DNA of 64,000 nt. Source: Octopus sinensis (lineage: Eukaryota). A program made the position numbers and the translations under genes. Shown piece after piece: positions 26,491 to 40,179 of the stretch. The DNA is taken from the NCBI RefSeq assembly GCF_006345805.1, contig NC_042998.1, positions 2,852,001-2,916,000 of the forward strand. The letters are read 5' to 3'. Numbering within the stretch: the first letter of the stretch is position 1; each line of letters starts with the position of its first letter. A model generated the notes under the pieces. The model searched no databases, had not been told where the DNA came from, and saw only the letters and a program-made list of their open reading frames with translations.

Positions 26491-26793
26491 TATATTTCAT
26501 GAGACATTGACATTTTTCATAACACACAGCAATCTGGTCGTTGCACAATTATCACTTAATAACTGACATCACACACAATTTTGAGACATTATAGACTAAA
26601 ATTTAAAGTGAATTTAAAAACTTTGTGACCAATCAAATGGCTAAAATGATTCCATGATGGATTCTTATTTTACATACATGTTTTACCGAAATTCACATAA
26701 GCACAATGAAAGAAGGTACCACTACATTCCTACAATTGGAAGTGGTTCCTATCAGGTTCCAAAAGGTCACAAGTGGAGTGATCCATCCAAGTG

Positions 26794-27017
26794 TACAATG
26801 CGGTGCTGGAAAGTTCCTAGCTTTAAGAGTATTGCAAAAGGCTTGGTTGGAAGTCCAACACTCCGAGTTCTTTTACAGGGCTTAGAAAAATTGAAGGACC
26901 GCTGCAATAAGTGTGTGCCTCTGAGAGGGGAATATGTTGAATAAAATCATAATTAACTGATCCACCTGTATTTTTTTTACCCAAAGCTAGGAACTTTTCA
27001 ACACCCCCTCCCTCATA
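26794..27017 (+). mobile_element. Mariner-derived non-autonomous element (MITE, about 220 bp)
   Basis: Seen: inverted termini GGTGCTGGAAAGTTCCTAGCTTT / AAAGCTAGGAACTTTTCAACACC with TA ends. The interior retains the mariner C-terminus GLEKLKDRCNKCVPLRGEYVE*. Confidence 0.75.
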
Positions 27018-27201
27018 AAAGACGGCCAAGTCAGGTGAAAATGATCTGGATTAATTTGGATAGCAATGAGATTTCTTTGAAACTGCCAATAAGGTGAGCT
27101 GATTTTTCAATTCTTAAAAAAAATATATAAATTGACTTTATATCCTTTCAACTGTATAATCGTCCATTTTAAAAGCTAATCCATCTGTTGAGCCTATATG
27201 G

Positions 27202-27287
<86 letters not shown>

Positions 27288-27364
27288 CATTGTTCTAATT
27301 CAGCAACCTCTCAAAGTCACATTTCTATGTCTCTTTGTTTCTCACATCAGAGAAAGTGAATGTG

Positions 27365-27610
27365 CCATTATCAGTCTCTACAAGCTTATATCCACACCAC
27401 CATCTTGATTCACTCTGCAATCCAAAACTCCTTCTGCCTTTGGTGCTCTCATGACAAAAGACTGGCAAACCTCTTACTTGCAACTTTTCTCCTTGGTGAC
27501 TATACTCAATATCCAGTTTTGCTTTCAGCTACCCATTATTGCAGCCACCTTCCTCTATTTCTTCCATTCATTCCAGGCCTGTCTCTTAGCTTTTATAATT
27601 CTATCTAACA
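27365..27610 (-). mobile_element. RTE LINE linker fragment
   Basis: Seen: DRIIKAKRQAWNEWKK-like translation, homologous to the 44650-44800 segment. Confidence 0.45.
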
Positions 27611-27946
27611 TAACATTATTCACTGACCAATTGCTTTACATTTAGATTCAAAACTATCAAAGCAAAGTATAATTATTTTTAATAGACGGAATAAAGTTAA
27701 ACTTGCATTTCCAAATGTATAAATCATAAATATAGATAGACTGGAAAATAAAATGTGCATGCCCATTGCCTGGTGGATTATATATCTGAGATAATTATAA
27801 TCAATCATAATAAAAATTCCAAGAAACTGCCTCCTCCTGCTCCAAGAATAATATCATAAATATCTCAAATGTATGAGGTCAAAATAATATAAAATATATG
27901 CACACACACAAACACACCGAATCACATATAGGAATTCACAGACAGC

Positions 27947-27993
<47 letters not shown>

Positions 27994-30348
27994 GCACGCG
28001 CACATATGTATGTATGTGTGTGTGTGACAGAGAGAAAGTATATGCATATACATATGTATGTATACATAGATATGTACACAAACGCACACGCAGATATGTA
28101 TGTATATGTGTATGCATGCACATGATCAAGCCTGATACACAAATAAGATATATATACATGCATTGATATGTTATTTACTCTCCTTGGTAGCAAGAGTCTA
28201 GTCTTGCCTCTTGCACAATTCACAAAACAAGTCTGGCAGGTGCTAATTTACAAGTGTTAGCTACAAAATGGCTTCCTTGGTGTGAACAGCTCACTTACTT
28301 AATGTACAACAATGATTTTTAAAGACAAATGCACATTCTCTGCTGAGAAGACATACATGTAATGAAGAATACATCTATTTTGTAGAAAGATATGATATTA
28401 CTTAGAATCAAATTTATTTATTTGTATTTGTTTCAGTTAGTATCAACATCTTACAACTATCTTCAATTACTACAAAAGTCTTGAAAATAAGACAAGAAAA
28501 AAGAAAGAAAGGAAGAAAAAATGGTATTCCATTTTAGGTTTGAACATTTGTTCAGGTATCATCTTTGATTACCTATCCACAGTACATATGAGGAAAAAGA
28601 ATAAGGATGTGATATTCATAGTTTCCAAAGGGCTTCTTCAGGGATACTAACAATACAAAATAGCTACAACTTGGAATCAAAAACCAAGGATGTGGACTTG
28701 GTTCATGAAAACAAAAAAAAAATCCCTCCTCTACCTAAAATCACTTAACTTCATTATTAAGTATAATAAATATTTCGCTTTTAACTGTAGAATTTGAAGG
28801 AAATGAATACTATATAAATATTGGGTTAAAAACCCTTTCTATTTTATTTTATACTTGTTTTAGTCATTAGACTACAGCCATGCTGGGGCATTGCCGTGAC
28901 AAAATTTTTAGTTGAACAAATTGACCCCAGTACTCATTTTTAAACCTGGTACTTATTCTATCAGTCTCTTTTGCCAAATCGCTAGGTTACAGGAGACGTA
29001 AACAAACCATCACTGTTTGTCAGGTGGTGGTGGTGGTGGTGGTGGTGGACAAACATACACACACACACATGATGGGCTTCCTTCAGTTTCTGTCTACCAA
29101 ATCCCGCTCATGAGACTTTGGTTGGACTGAACCTGGAACTATGTGGTTGGGAAGCAAACTTCTTACCACACAGCCACCTAGATATAGGTGCAAGTAGTAT
29201 ACTTGCTTGCTATTATTAACAGTTTTATCTGTTTCAAGTTCTACACTTAAAATCAAATTACTTCACGCTTTCTCCTAGTTTCTAAATTCTAATGATAATA
29301 TTAGATATTACTTTGAAGTACTAATTATAATTAAAAACACATCAATATTACTGTTATTATTATTGTTATTATTATTATTATCATTAATGACTAAAATATA
29401 AGTTCAGATTCAAATATTCAAATTTTCTCTGAAGAAAACAACATTGAAAAGATTAACAACCAGAATTCAACAGGGTTCACAGTGTGCTCATTCATGAAGA
29501 GTTTATTAAGGAAGCACTTTTCCTTTTCCCTATCATAAAAAAAAATCTCATACAGAATAATTAATTAACAGGTTTTCAAGTTCATTCAAAACACTCAGAA
29601 AATTAACAAAACAACAAAAAAAAAGCTTGCTTTTAAAAACATGATGCAAAAATCATACAAGAGTGAATGTGGTACCATATTGAGAAGAGTTGAATGCATT
29701 TAGCTGCCATGAAAGAAGCATTTTGTTTCTTTGCTCATGTCAGTTATACAAATAAATGCTTTTCTAGTCTTTATTTTTTATGATTTTCTGGGTTTTTTTT
29801 AAATTCTAAAAGTGCCTTCTGTTGCTTTAGATATCAAAAATGCATTGCTCATTTTTTTCCATACACATAGTAGAATACACACACACACACACAGACAATC
29901 TATCAATCTATATATATATTTTTTTATACATACACATATATGTGTATGTGTGTCGTGATATACAGAAATTCCCCCCCCAAACACACACATATGTGCAACA
30001 TATATGCATGACTGTGCACATGTACATATAGATTGCATGCTTAAAAATAAAGGCCAAACAAACAGCTGCTTCAATCAATATGCACAACAACAATACATTG
30101 CATTAGATTGAGTTCATCAATAGATAAATAGATTTCCTATGGACTGATAAACAAATGTGTGTAGATGTAACATCTATAAAAAAATACATTTCTCAAAATA
30201 AATCTAAAATCATACATACACATGTATAGAAATGTATGGCTACTTATGAGGTATTATTATGCATGAGAGAACAAAAGAGATAAAAAGGTAACTCATGCTA
30301 CTGTAGAGAATGGATATGAAATAATGATCACGATAATATACATACTAT

Positions 30349-30379
<31 letters not shown>

Positions 30380-30619
30380 ATTAATACACACACACACATA
30401 CACAAATAATACACACACACACACACATATAGTGTGCTGTTCTGTCATTGATGGGAATCAACAAAAAGGTTACCCATCCAGCGAGAGATGAATATCATTT
30501 AACACACACAAGATTTAAATGCGAGCTGCTATAAGTTTCATGCCCTAATAGTACAATAGTTGTATATGTCTATCAATAAATGTGTGCGGAGGGTGTGGAT
30601 GTGACACAGTGAAAATATA

Positions 30620-30800
30620 TATACATGTCACACATGTGTGTATGTATATACACACACACACACGTGTATGTATACACACACACACACACACGTGTGTATG
30701 TATACACACACACACACAGTGTATTTATACACACACACACACACACGTGTGTGTATGTATACACACACACACACGTGTGTGTATGTATACACACACACAA
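30620..30800. repeat. Self-complementary minisatellite, unit about GTGTGTATGTATACACACACACAC x5
   Basis: Seen: alternating purine-pyrimidine units, each a near-palindrome. Confidence 0.85.
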
Positions 30801-31009
30801 AGTAAATAAACAGATCCTTTGTTGATTTCAATAGTAAATATTTCAGTTGCTCAATCCCCTGAATCCCCTAGACATTGTATTAACTGACACATGTACCCTT
30901 AATGTAATCACCATGTAGAATCAGCGTGACATAAAGGGGTCTTTAAATTACAGGTACAGAATCAACAAGACAAAGATGGTTCTTTGAATTGCACGAGCAG
31001 TGAAGCATA

Positions 31010-33100
31010 GGCAACTCATTTCTTTGCAGCCTTTGCATATCCTCTGCCTTTAATGCCCATCACTCACTACCATACAACATTGCAATATCCTCACATGCAT
31101 TATACAATCTGCCTTTCAATACAAGAGAGAATTCTTTGAAGCCAGAGGTAAACAGCTTCCATTCCATTACTTCCTAACACACACACATACACCCCACAAG
31201 CTCTGATTACCATGATTTCAGAATACCCACCCCCACAGCTAATTAGGCCACCTAAACAAGAAGAGTTATCAACTACTTCTAGGGACCCTCCTATGCATCT
31301 GAAAGAATTTGCTTCACGGGTACTTTTACTGCTAAGTATTGTTCACTTGCTACATATGGACACTTAGTCGTATGTCAACCTGCCTATATAACCCACAGGA
31401 CCTGTGAACCCACAGTTCTCATTGAAATCCTTTACCTACTTCTTTTCTGCATATGGAGCACAGTCACTCCCCAGATAACTGAAAAATCCCATCTTCTTTC
31501 CACCTAACTAAAACGTTTGTCTTGACTAGATTTACTTTGAGGCCTCTCAATTCTGTTTTGCTTCTGCATATGGATTTTATTTACAAAATCTTCAACAGAT
31601 TCTGTCCCAAGAACTAGGTCATAGGTAAACAGATGTTCCTACAAACAATTTGTCTTAAACTCTATTGTTATTGCTAGAAGAAAAGACGTAGATGGACAAG
31701 TTAAAATCCTTGCTGAACTCACTGCAAACTCTCACCTTATGGATAGCATCCTTGTAAATGGCTTGCATGGCTCTCAAAAGCCATTCGTCTACATCTAGTA
31801 ATTTTTAGAGCTCACAAGACTGCAGTATGTGATAGATACCCTGTCAAGAGCATTCTCTACAGCAACAAACACCACAGTGGCTTGCAAAGAACGTCTATAA
31901 CCATTCCACTAAGAAGAGGGGAAAGATTGGTACAGATCCAAATTGCATCTCATTTGAGCAAATTTTTTTCCTAATCAGTTCTGCTAGAACTCTTTCTGTA
32001 AAGAAGAGACACCTGTGCGGTCGGAGTACCTGAGAGGCAACAGTATGAGATCATCCAACACTGAGGAGCTGTAAAAAACCACAATGAGAAGTGGCAGCAT
32101 GTCTATGAGCCAGGGGTCAATTTGTGTTAATGACTAACTTCCTACCAATCAATCGAGTGACCTATTTTTCTTTCTTTTTTTTTTCCTGGATGTGGTCTAA
32201 CTTGTTGTCTAACTTGATCCATCAGTTAGATCCCTCTGTAGCTGCTTCTTTCTAGCACATCTCTTTTGCTTCTATTGCAGATGGGGATGAGATTATTATA
32301 TCAGTCGTTGAGTATAACACCCTCCACTAGCATCTGGTTTACTTATACCAGTAACTAATGGCATGTGCTACATTGCTGGATATTCCCAGGGTCTCAGCAA
32401 GCATCAGTGATTATCTGGCTTCATGCCCACATGTCTATATCAACCATGTAACAGTCAATTTGAATGGTTGGGCCCTTTGCTGGATCTATTTGGAAGGTAG
32501 ACACACACATACTCTCTCTCTCTCTCTCTCTCCAGTCTCCGCTTCAGCAACCCCAGGTAATAGCATTTGTTATCAGCACCAATAAGAGCCATATATTCCA
32601 CTATCATTACACACACACTTCTCACCAACAACGTTCCAATTCTTACTCACACACAGTTTTGTAACAGTACACCTAATGTTTCTGATTCGCTCACAAAAGA
32701 CCATTAATGAACCCCTTACTTTCTGCTTTACTTGCCGAGTATACCTGACATTTAACATCACTTCCAGCTACCTAATGTTGTTCCTTGCCACCCTTTTTTT
32801 TCTTTCATCCTTTCCAGGTTTAACTTTCAGCTTGCATAACTCAACCTGCCAGCCATTCTGAACAAAGAAGTAACTGGTATCTATAATTGAAGTAAATTGT
32901 AAGAGGGCTTCACAGAAACTGTTCATGTCATGGTTGTAGCACCAATGTAGAGATCACAGTGGCTGTCATGTTGCCTATGATTAGTCCAAGCTTCGTTATT
33001 ATCACATACTCTGACTACCTCAGTTACTTCTTTATCTAGCCGTTTCTCAATTAACAATATCTCTAATCCACCTAACCCAGCACTGTTACTTAACTTGAAC
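31010..33100 (-). mobile_element. Highly decayed RTE-clade LINE
   Basis: Seen on the minus strand: DEMQFG (about 31950), DVDEWLLRAMQAIYKDAIHKVRV (about 31740) and KGRLYNAC...LYGSE (about 31090). The portion at 32100-33100 is assigned only by position and weak similarity. Confidence 0.6.
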
Positions 33101-34173
33101 ATATGTTCCACCCTAGCAAGGAGTATATCAGAGACTACACACCTTTTTTACCCTTTCTACTCACACACACACACACACACACGTGCATGCATGCAGCACA
33201 AAACTACTCACTAGCATCTAGAATCTCTACATTCACTCTGCTTCTCCCATACACAAACAGCATGGTGCCGCTGCTACTGCAAGACACAAAGAAAACCTAG
33301 ACCACATCTAAAGAAAGGTCACTTAATTGATTGGCACAAAGTCAATCATTCACACACCCTAACCTTTGACCCACAGACATGCTGTACATTTTTCTCAATC
33401 CTTTTGTACAGATACTCAGTGTTGGAGGAGTTTGTAACACATTTTCTCGGGTGCTCCCAATTCACACGTGTCCCCCTCCTCTCCTTCGTATCACCCCACT
33501 AGACCACACCTGAACCACTAGCACCCGACCTTCTTTTGCACAAAACACCAGCCCTCAACAGTTGTAACCCTATAGATATTTTCCTTAAATATCATTGATT
33601 TGCAAGGGCTCAAGAGGAACGAAATCCTTGTCAATTTTACAAGCCTTTCAGTTAGAAAGGGCTTGTGAAGGCCAAGGTCACAGTTTCTAGACGAAATCAA
33701 TAAAAAAAATCGTCTATAAATACACACACACAAATAAATATACACACATGTGTGCACATTCACTCAAAAATACATATATACACACTTATCTGCATATACA
33801 TTATATAAATATACATGCACACATACTAACACACATATACATACATGCACATATATACATATTTATATACATATGTACATGTAGATGTAAAGATATACAT
33901 GCACATATGTAAACATACACACGCAACACGCATAGATACATTCATCTATATACATGCACATACACTCACACACTTGCATACACACAAATATACGCATACA
34001 AACAGCTACATGTTTATCCATGCATGAGCGTGTATAAATATTTATATTTATGGGCAATTCCATGTACTCGTGCTAGTCCACAATTATGGATTAAATACCT
34101 TTACATAATACATAATCTTTATCTTCTCCTCCTCCCCCACTCTCTCTGTCTCTTTCTTTCTCCCTCACTATGC

Positions 34174-34220
<47 letters not shown>

Positions 34221-34500
34221 TGCACAAAATAAACACACACACACACATAAAGCCAGTGATACACAATTATAGAATACAGTAAAAACCAGGAAATTTATAG
34301 CAATGCTGCAGCTTGGTCACAACTGCAATGACTTTGAATAAAGCAAAGAATATATATACAAATGTAAGCATGCATACAATGGAGTCCATTCACAGAAACA
34401 CAGAGACAAAAACACAGACACACACACACACACACACACGCATTCACTTTTCAAAATTTCAAAAGCTGTACCGAATATACCATTCCAACCATGTACCATC

Positions 34501-34541
<41 letters not shown>

Positions 34542-34654
34542 TACATACATACATACATACATACATACCTATATATATATCCGTTTTTTGTATCGTCTAT
34601 TTGAATGTTTTGCGTTCTTGTCCCATTTTGTATTTTTATATATATTTTTTATAC

Positions 34655-34687
<33 letters not shown>

Positions 34688-34819
34688 CACATACACACAC
34701 ACACACATACATACATGCACACTACCCTATATATATATACACACACACACATACACACACGTGTAGATAGATAGATATCATCATCATCATTGTTTAACGT
34801 CCGTTTTCCGCGCTAGCAC

Positions 34820-34877
<58 letters not shown>

Positions 34878-35020
34878 CTATGTATATAGAGTTAGATAGA
34901 TAGATAGAGAGAGAGAAAGAGAGAGAGAAGTATATAGACAGATAGATAGATAGATAGATAAATAGATAGACAGATAAATATATAGATAGAAATATATTAT
35001 GCACTCATATTGATCAAACA

Positions 35021-35052
<32 letters not shown>

Positions 35053-35101
35053 TGTTGATTTTTGAAATTGATGGGAATGCATAATTGAAAGTAATACTCA
35101 C

Positions 35102-37447
35102 TTAAAACCATTGGAGATTTTTCCACTGGCTCCTCACTAGTTTCTCGCTCTTCAAGTAATGTGTCCAAAACCCCAAGAGAACCAAGATCACAGTTGTTAT
35201 TGAGAAGAGACGAGATAGTGTGGCCATTACTCAGGGGTTCGCCTTTCAATATCCTATGAGTACCGTACTCCTGGAAAGGTGAATCTGAACTGACAGCTTC
35301 TTGTTGTGCTTTCGAAAATGTATTGTTAGTAGAACCACAGTCACCAAGCACAGCTTCCGGAGGCGGAGCTGACACGGGAGGAGTAGGAGGAGTAAGAGCA
35401 GCTGAAGCTGTAGAAGGAACAGGAGGAGGTGAAGGTGAAGAAGGAGGTGGGGATGGAGTTGTTTGGCTCTTAAATAGTGGTGACAGTGGCTGAGAACTGA
35501 TAGCTGCTTCTGAATTTTCTCTGGAGTTTTCCACAGAAGTCAGTGCTGCATTCGATTCAGACTCTGATATTGATTCCGTGTTGGGTGCAGCATGCTTCTC
35601 TGGAACTGCCGATTCAGTTGGTGTTTGGTGAGATACCTGAAGAATATCTGGGTGATCACACTCACACTTAGCAGACAGGCAGACTGAGCAAGTAGGCTCA
35701 GTAATGACTGAGCTAGGCTCTGTGTTTGGTGCATCTGTAGTTGTAGAATCTGCTGGTGAATATATTTCCGAGTCTGGAGGAGTTGAAACAGAAACAGAAG
35801 ACAATCCTTCGGAGAAAGTATCAATGTTGTCAGAGGTTGTAATGGAAGGTTGAGGATTTGTGTCAGGAATTTGAGATGTAGAAACAGAGGAGGCTTCAAT
35901 AGAACCACTGGACATAGGAGGCACTGTGGTGGAAACATCAGATGCAGAAGTGGTATCCAACTGTGTGGCAGCTGTATCAGAAGTTGTAACAGGAGGGTTT
36001 GATACATCATCAGTCTCAGGCACAGATTCTGGCAACACAGTGGTCTCAGTTTCAACAGGTGGGACTTGTGACACTGGGATGGAAGTTACTGACTCAACTG
36101 CAGCAGAGTCAGACACTGGAGATGTCAACGATTCAGTAGTAACCGAGTCAGGCATCGTGCTTGAAGTTACTGACTCACTAGGAGAAGATTCAGGCATTGT
36201 GGTAGAAGTGACATCCTCATTAACAGAAGAGTCAGGGTTTGTTGTTGTAGAGGTCAGAGGCCCACTAGTAGACGAATCAGGCAACGTGGTGGAAGTAACA
36301 GACTCACTAGTAGATGATTCAGGCATTGTGTTGGAGGTCACCAACTCGTTATCAGGAGAGTCACAAACGATCTCATTGCTCTCAGATTCAAGAGCAGGAG
36401 ATTCAGAAATCACAGTTGAACTTTCAGTCTCATCAGTAGAGAAATTGGGCATTACAGTGGATGACTCAGCTCCAGTCCCAGAGGAGCTGAGCATCAGAGT
36501 AGGCTCAGTTGGCTCAGTGGGGGAAGAGCAAGTTTTTGAGGTGGAGACATCTGTTAATGCAGGAGTATTCAATTCCAGGCCATCCACTACATCTGCTGGT
36601 TCTGAAATTGCAGGTGTCTCGTGCACAAGAGAAGGCTCATTAGATGTTGAAATGGTTAATTCTGTATCATTTAGAACAGAAGTTGTACATTCAGAACTAA
36701 CATCACCAGAGTCAAAGATTTTAGAATCAGCTGTGCTTTTCGTTGGAGATATACTGCCATCACTGTTATTACAAGCTGTTGTTTCCGCAGATATAGCAGT
36801 TGCATCTGTGGTACTGGTTGTAGTCACTTCAGCGACTGGAGTTTCCTGAGTTGAGAAATCAATAATTTCATCAGAAGCCTCGCTACTTAAGTCTTCCTCA
36901 AGAAAATCATCAACAGCACCTGCCTGGTTAGCTACAACAGCTGACAACTCTGTATTTCCATTCTCTGTATCAGCACAATTAATACTTTCAGAATGGCTAT
37001 TCGATGAAGACACCTCATCACTGCTTTTTATTTTGTCTGTTGCTGTTGTTGTTGTAACAACTGATGTGCTTGCTTCAGTAGCACTACCAAGTTGTTCCGT
37101 AAGAGCATCTTGATCTTCTTCTTCTACGTGCAATGTTGATTCTTTCTCAGCTACTTCATTACCTGCAGCAGCTGTACTACCTGTATTTACATCCAAAGCT
37201 GAGACACTCTTCGTGGCTTCTGTGTTAATGGAATGGTCATTGATATTCACGTCAATAGCTGCAGCATCATCATCTTCAGTTGATAATATATTACCGCTAA
37301 TTTTCTCCTCCTCAGGTGTACTTTTCAGACTGTCTGCTTTTTCCTTCTCTTCTTCATTTTCATCTAAGCTGGGAGTATTTTTAAAGGAATCACCACTTTT
37401 TTTATCAACACTTGGTTGTATGTCTTCACCTTCATTGTCTCTCTTAC
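35102..37447 (-). CDS. Giant internal coding exon (2346 nt, 782 codons, phase 1-1) of an unidentified host gene; acidic Ser/Thr/Glu/Pro-rich, probably disordered (GKRDNEGEDIQ...EEPVEKSPMVL)
   Basis: Seen: acceptor TTTTTTTCTTTAG at 37448, donor GTGAGT at 35101. The frame is open throughout; I checked that it extends 65 codons upstream of the listed 790-aa ORF 34878..37250. The exon has no microsatellites or TEs and its length is divisible by 3. The product family is not recognised. Confidence 0.88.
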
Positions 37448-37835
37448 CTAAAGAAAAAAAATTAAATATTTAAATATATATATAAGTATTCACATGTGTG
37501 TGTGTGTGTGCACGTAATATGTAATATATGTGTGCGTGTATACATTTAAATATATATAAGCATTTCAAAATGTGTGTGTAATTAAATTTATTAAACTATT
37601 TAAACAATGACATATAAAGATAATTTTATTAAAAGAAGCAAAATAAAAACAGTTAAGTAAAACACATTGTTAAAAAGGAAAATGATTAAAGAAAGAATTT
37701 TTTTTTTTTTTCATGCAATTGTTCATCAGAATACTGATAAAAGCAAATCACGTTTCTCTTACTTTGAAGTATCTATAACTATACTGTACTCCACTGAGTA
37801 CAACAGACAGTAATACATACATAAGTAATACATAA

Positions 37836-38067
37836 GGCGGCGAGCTGGCAGAAACGTTAGCACGTCGGGCGAAATGCTTAGCGGTATTTCGGCTGCCGTT
37901 ACGTTGTGAGTTCAAATTCCGCCGAGGTCGACTTTGCCTTTCATCCTTTCGGGGTTGATAAATTAAGTACCAGTTACGCACTGGGGTCGATATAATCGAC
38001 TTAATACCAATGTCTGTCCATGTTTGTCCCCTCTATGTTTAGCCCCTTGTGGGTAATAAAGAAATAA
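37836..38067 (+). mobile_element. Intact tRNA-derived SINE, family C, with a Meta-type central domain (by resemblance)
   Basis: Seen: GGCGGCGAGCTGGCAGAAACGTTAGC head, GAGTTCAAATTCC B box and central GGTCGACTTTGCCTTTCATCCTTTCGGGGTTGATAAATTAAGTACCAG. The superfamily label is from memory. Confidence 0.85.
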
Positions 38068-39782
38068 GTAATACATACAGTACAACATAGAATAATATAA
38101 CGAAAACCCCTGGGAGCAGGGAACCCATAAAGAAGGAAAATAAGACAATTTAATATAAAATGTCCACATATTTTTAAACAATAGTAATTCTTATTTTGGC
38201 ACAAGGATAGCTATTTATAAGTGATGAAACATATCGATTACATTAACCCCCCCCCCCAGTACATGACTGGTACTTTATTTAATCAACCCCAAAAGGATGA
38301 AAGACACAGTTGACCTCAGGGGAATTTCAACTCAGAACATAAGCTGGAAGAAATGCTAAGAAACATTTTGTCTGATGAAATAAGGAGTCTGCCAGTCTGC
38401 CACCTCTTTTAATAATGACAATGATTTCGTTTTTGGGGATTTGGTTTGCAAGATTCTTTATGTGAGTTCATGTGTTGAAAACATATTCTGTTGTGTCTGG
38501 GGTGGAGACATTTTCTTTTTGTGCCTTAATTTAACACACGCACCGGTGATTTCCACTTATTTCTTATTTTATTTTCCAAAATTTTGTTGCAGGCAAATGA
38601 CTTCAAAGAGAAGATCTGAATTTCTTCTTTGTGATGTATGCTAGCTAATCAATTAACTTGATTGCTAAATGAGGATGCAGGCATGGTTGAGTGGTTCAAA
38701 AGTTCATTTTGCAACCAGGAATTCCTGAGTTCAATCCCACTACATGGCATTTTGGAAATGTGCATGGGTCATAGTCATAATGTCAGGTCAACACTGGTCT
38801 TGAAAGTGAACTTAGGTAAACAAAAACTGTGTAGATGCTCACTGGATGAACTGCACCCATAATTCAAAGACCAAGCTCTGGGACACACCAATTCTGCTTA
38901 TGAATTGTTAAGGTGTAGACATAGGTGCATGGTTAAGAACTTACTACGCTTGGGCAAGTGTCTTCTATTATCTATAACCCCAGACTGACCAAAGCTTTGT
39001 GAGTGAATCTAATAGATGGAAACTGTGTGGAAGCCCATCACATGTGAATGCGTGTGTGTGCGTGCATGCGTGCGAGCATGTGCGTAAGTTTCTTTCTTTG
39101 TGTTTGTGTTCATCATCCTCATCTTTCGGCAAATGGTTGATTTGATTACATCTCTGTAACTTACCAGTTCAGCAAAAGAGACAAACAGAATGAGTGCCAG
39201 ACTTAAAAATTAAGTACTAGGGCTGATCTGTCTCACAAAACCCTTCAAAGCAGTGTCCCAGTATTGGTCAAAGTCCAGTAGTCAAAACAAGTGAAAGATA
39301 AAAGACAACTGCAAAATGCCCAACCATTTCTCACACTAATCCAATGAGAAGACCATCCAGGTGATTGAACACCTATACTCTCTCTCATGTCAAAATCAAT
39401 ATGTGATCCTTTCAGTGCTGGGTGATGTCAGAAGAAGTTCTCAACAACCTGTACAGATGTTTTCAAGAGAGACAATAACTGGTACTCCATCAGTTACAAT
39501 GACTAATGTCCAATGTCTCAGTGGCTGAGTACTCCAAAGACATGCACATGCTTAATATAGTTCTCAAGGAGATTTAGCATCACACAGAATGTGACATGGT
39601 TGACTCTTTGAATTACAGGTACCACTGATTTTTACCAACTGAGTGGACTGGAGCACCATAAAATGAAGTGTCTTGCTCAAGGACACAACACACCACTGGC
39701 TATCAAACTCATGATCTTACAATTGTGAGCCAAATACCCTAAATATTAAGCCATGCACCTTCATTAGCTAGACAATAACTAA

Positions 39783-40179
39783 TCTCTATATATATAAAGC
39801 TAAAGTTGTCTGTGTGTGGCAGGTTTGGTAGCCTTCAACTAACACTATCTCCTCCGAAACCCTGCAGCGCAAGTTGACCAAAACTGAGAGTATGGTAGAA
39901 GAAGGCTTGCTCTTCATTCTGTAGATGAAAAACCTTAAATCATACCATGTTAACACCAAAAATTATTTACATAAAAAAAGTGCTTTTTTTTCTATGAAAA
40001 TCCCTATTTTTTACAACTTTTTGACTGCTGTGTTGCCATTTATTGGTGTATTTCAACCAGAAAAATGTTCGCTTAAAGAGAATAAACAAGCTACACAATG
40101 CAAAATTTTACTTTTTCTTCAAAAATTCCAATTCTAAAGGGTCGAAATTAACCCAAGCAATGCCGGGCGATACTGCTAG
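39783..40179 (+). mobile_element. Non-autonomous Helitron (about 397 bp)
   Basis: Seen: A|TCTCTATATATATAAAGC start and CCCAAGCAATGCCGGGCGATACTGCTAG|T end. It has the same termini as 8734-9246 but a different interior. Confidence 0.8.

Noticed and set aside
34878-35101. Hydrophobic read-through tail of the 790-aa ORF (CVCVCV...IYLSIYLS)
   Set aside because: It lies beyond a consensus GTGAGT donor and is translated (CA)n/(TAGA)n microsatellite. It is not evidence for a membrane anchor.
35926-36849. 307-aa plus-strand ORF antisense to the giant exon
   Set aside because: It is a shadow frame. In this register plus-strand stops need Tyr, His or Gln codons after particular bases on the minus strand, and the S/T/E/P-rich sense protein almost lacks these residues. 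It has no independent splice or start support.
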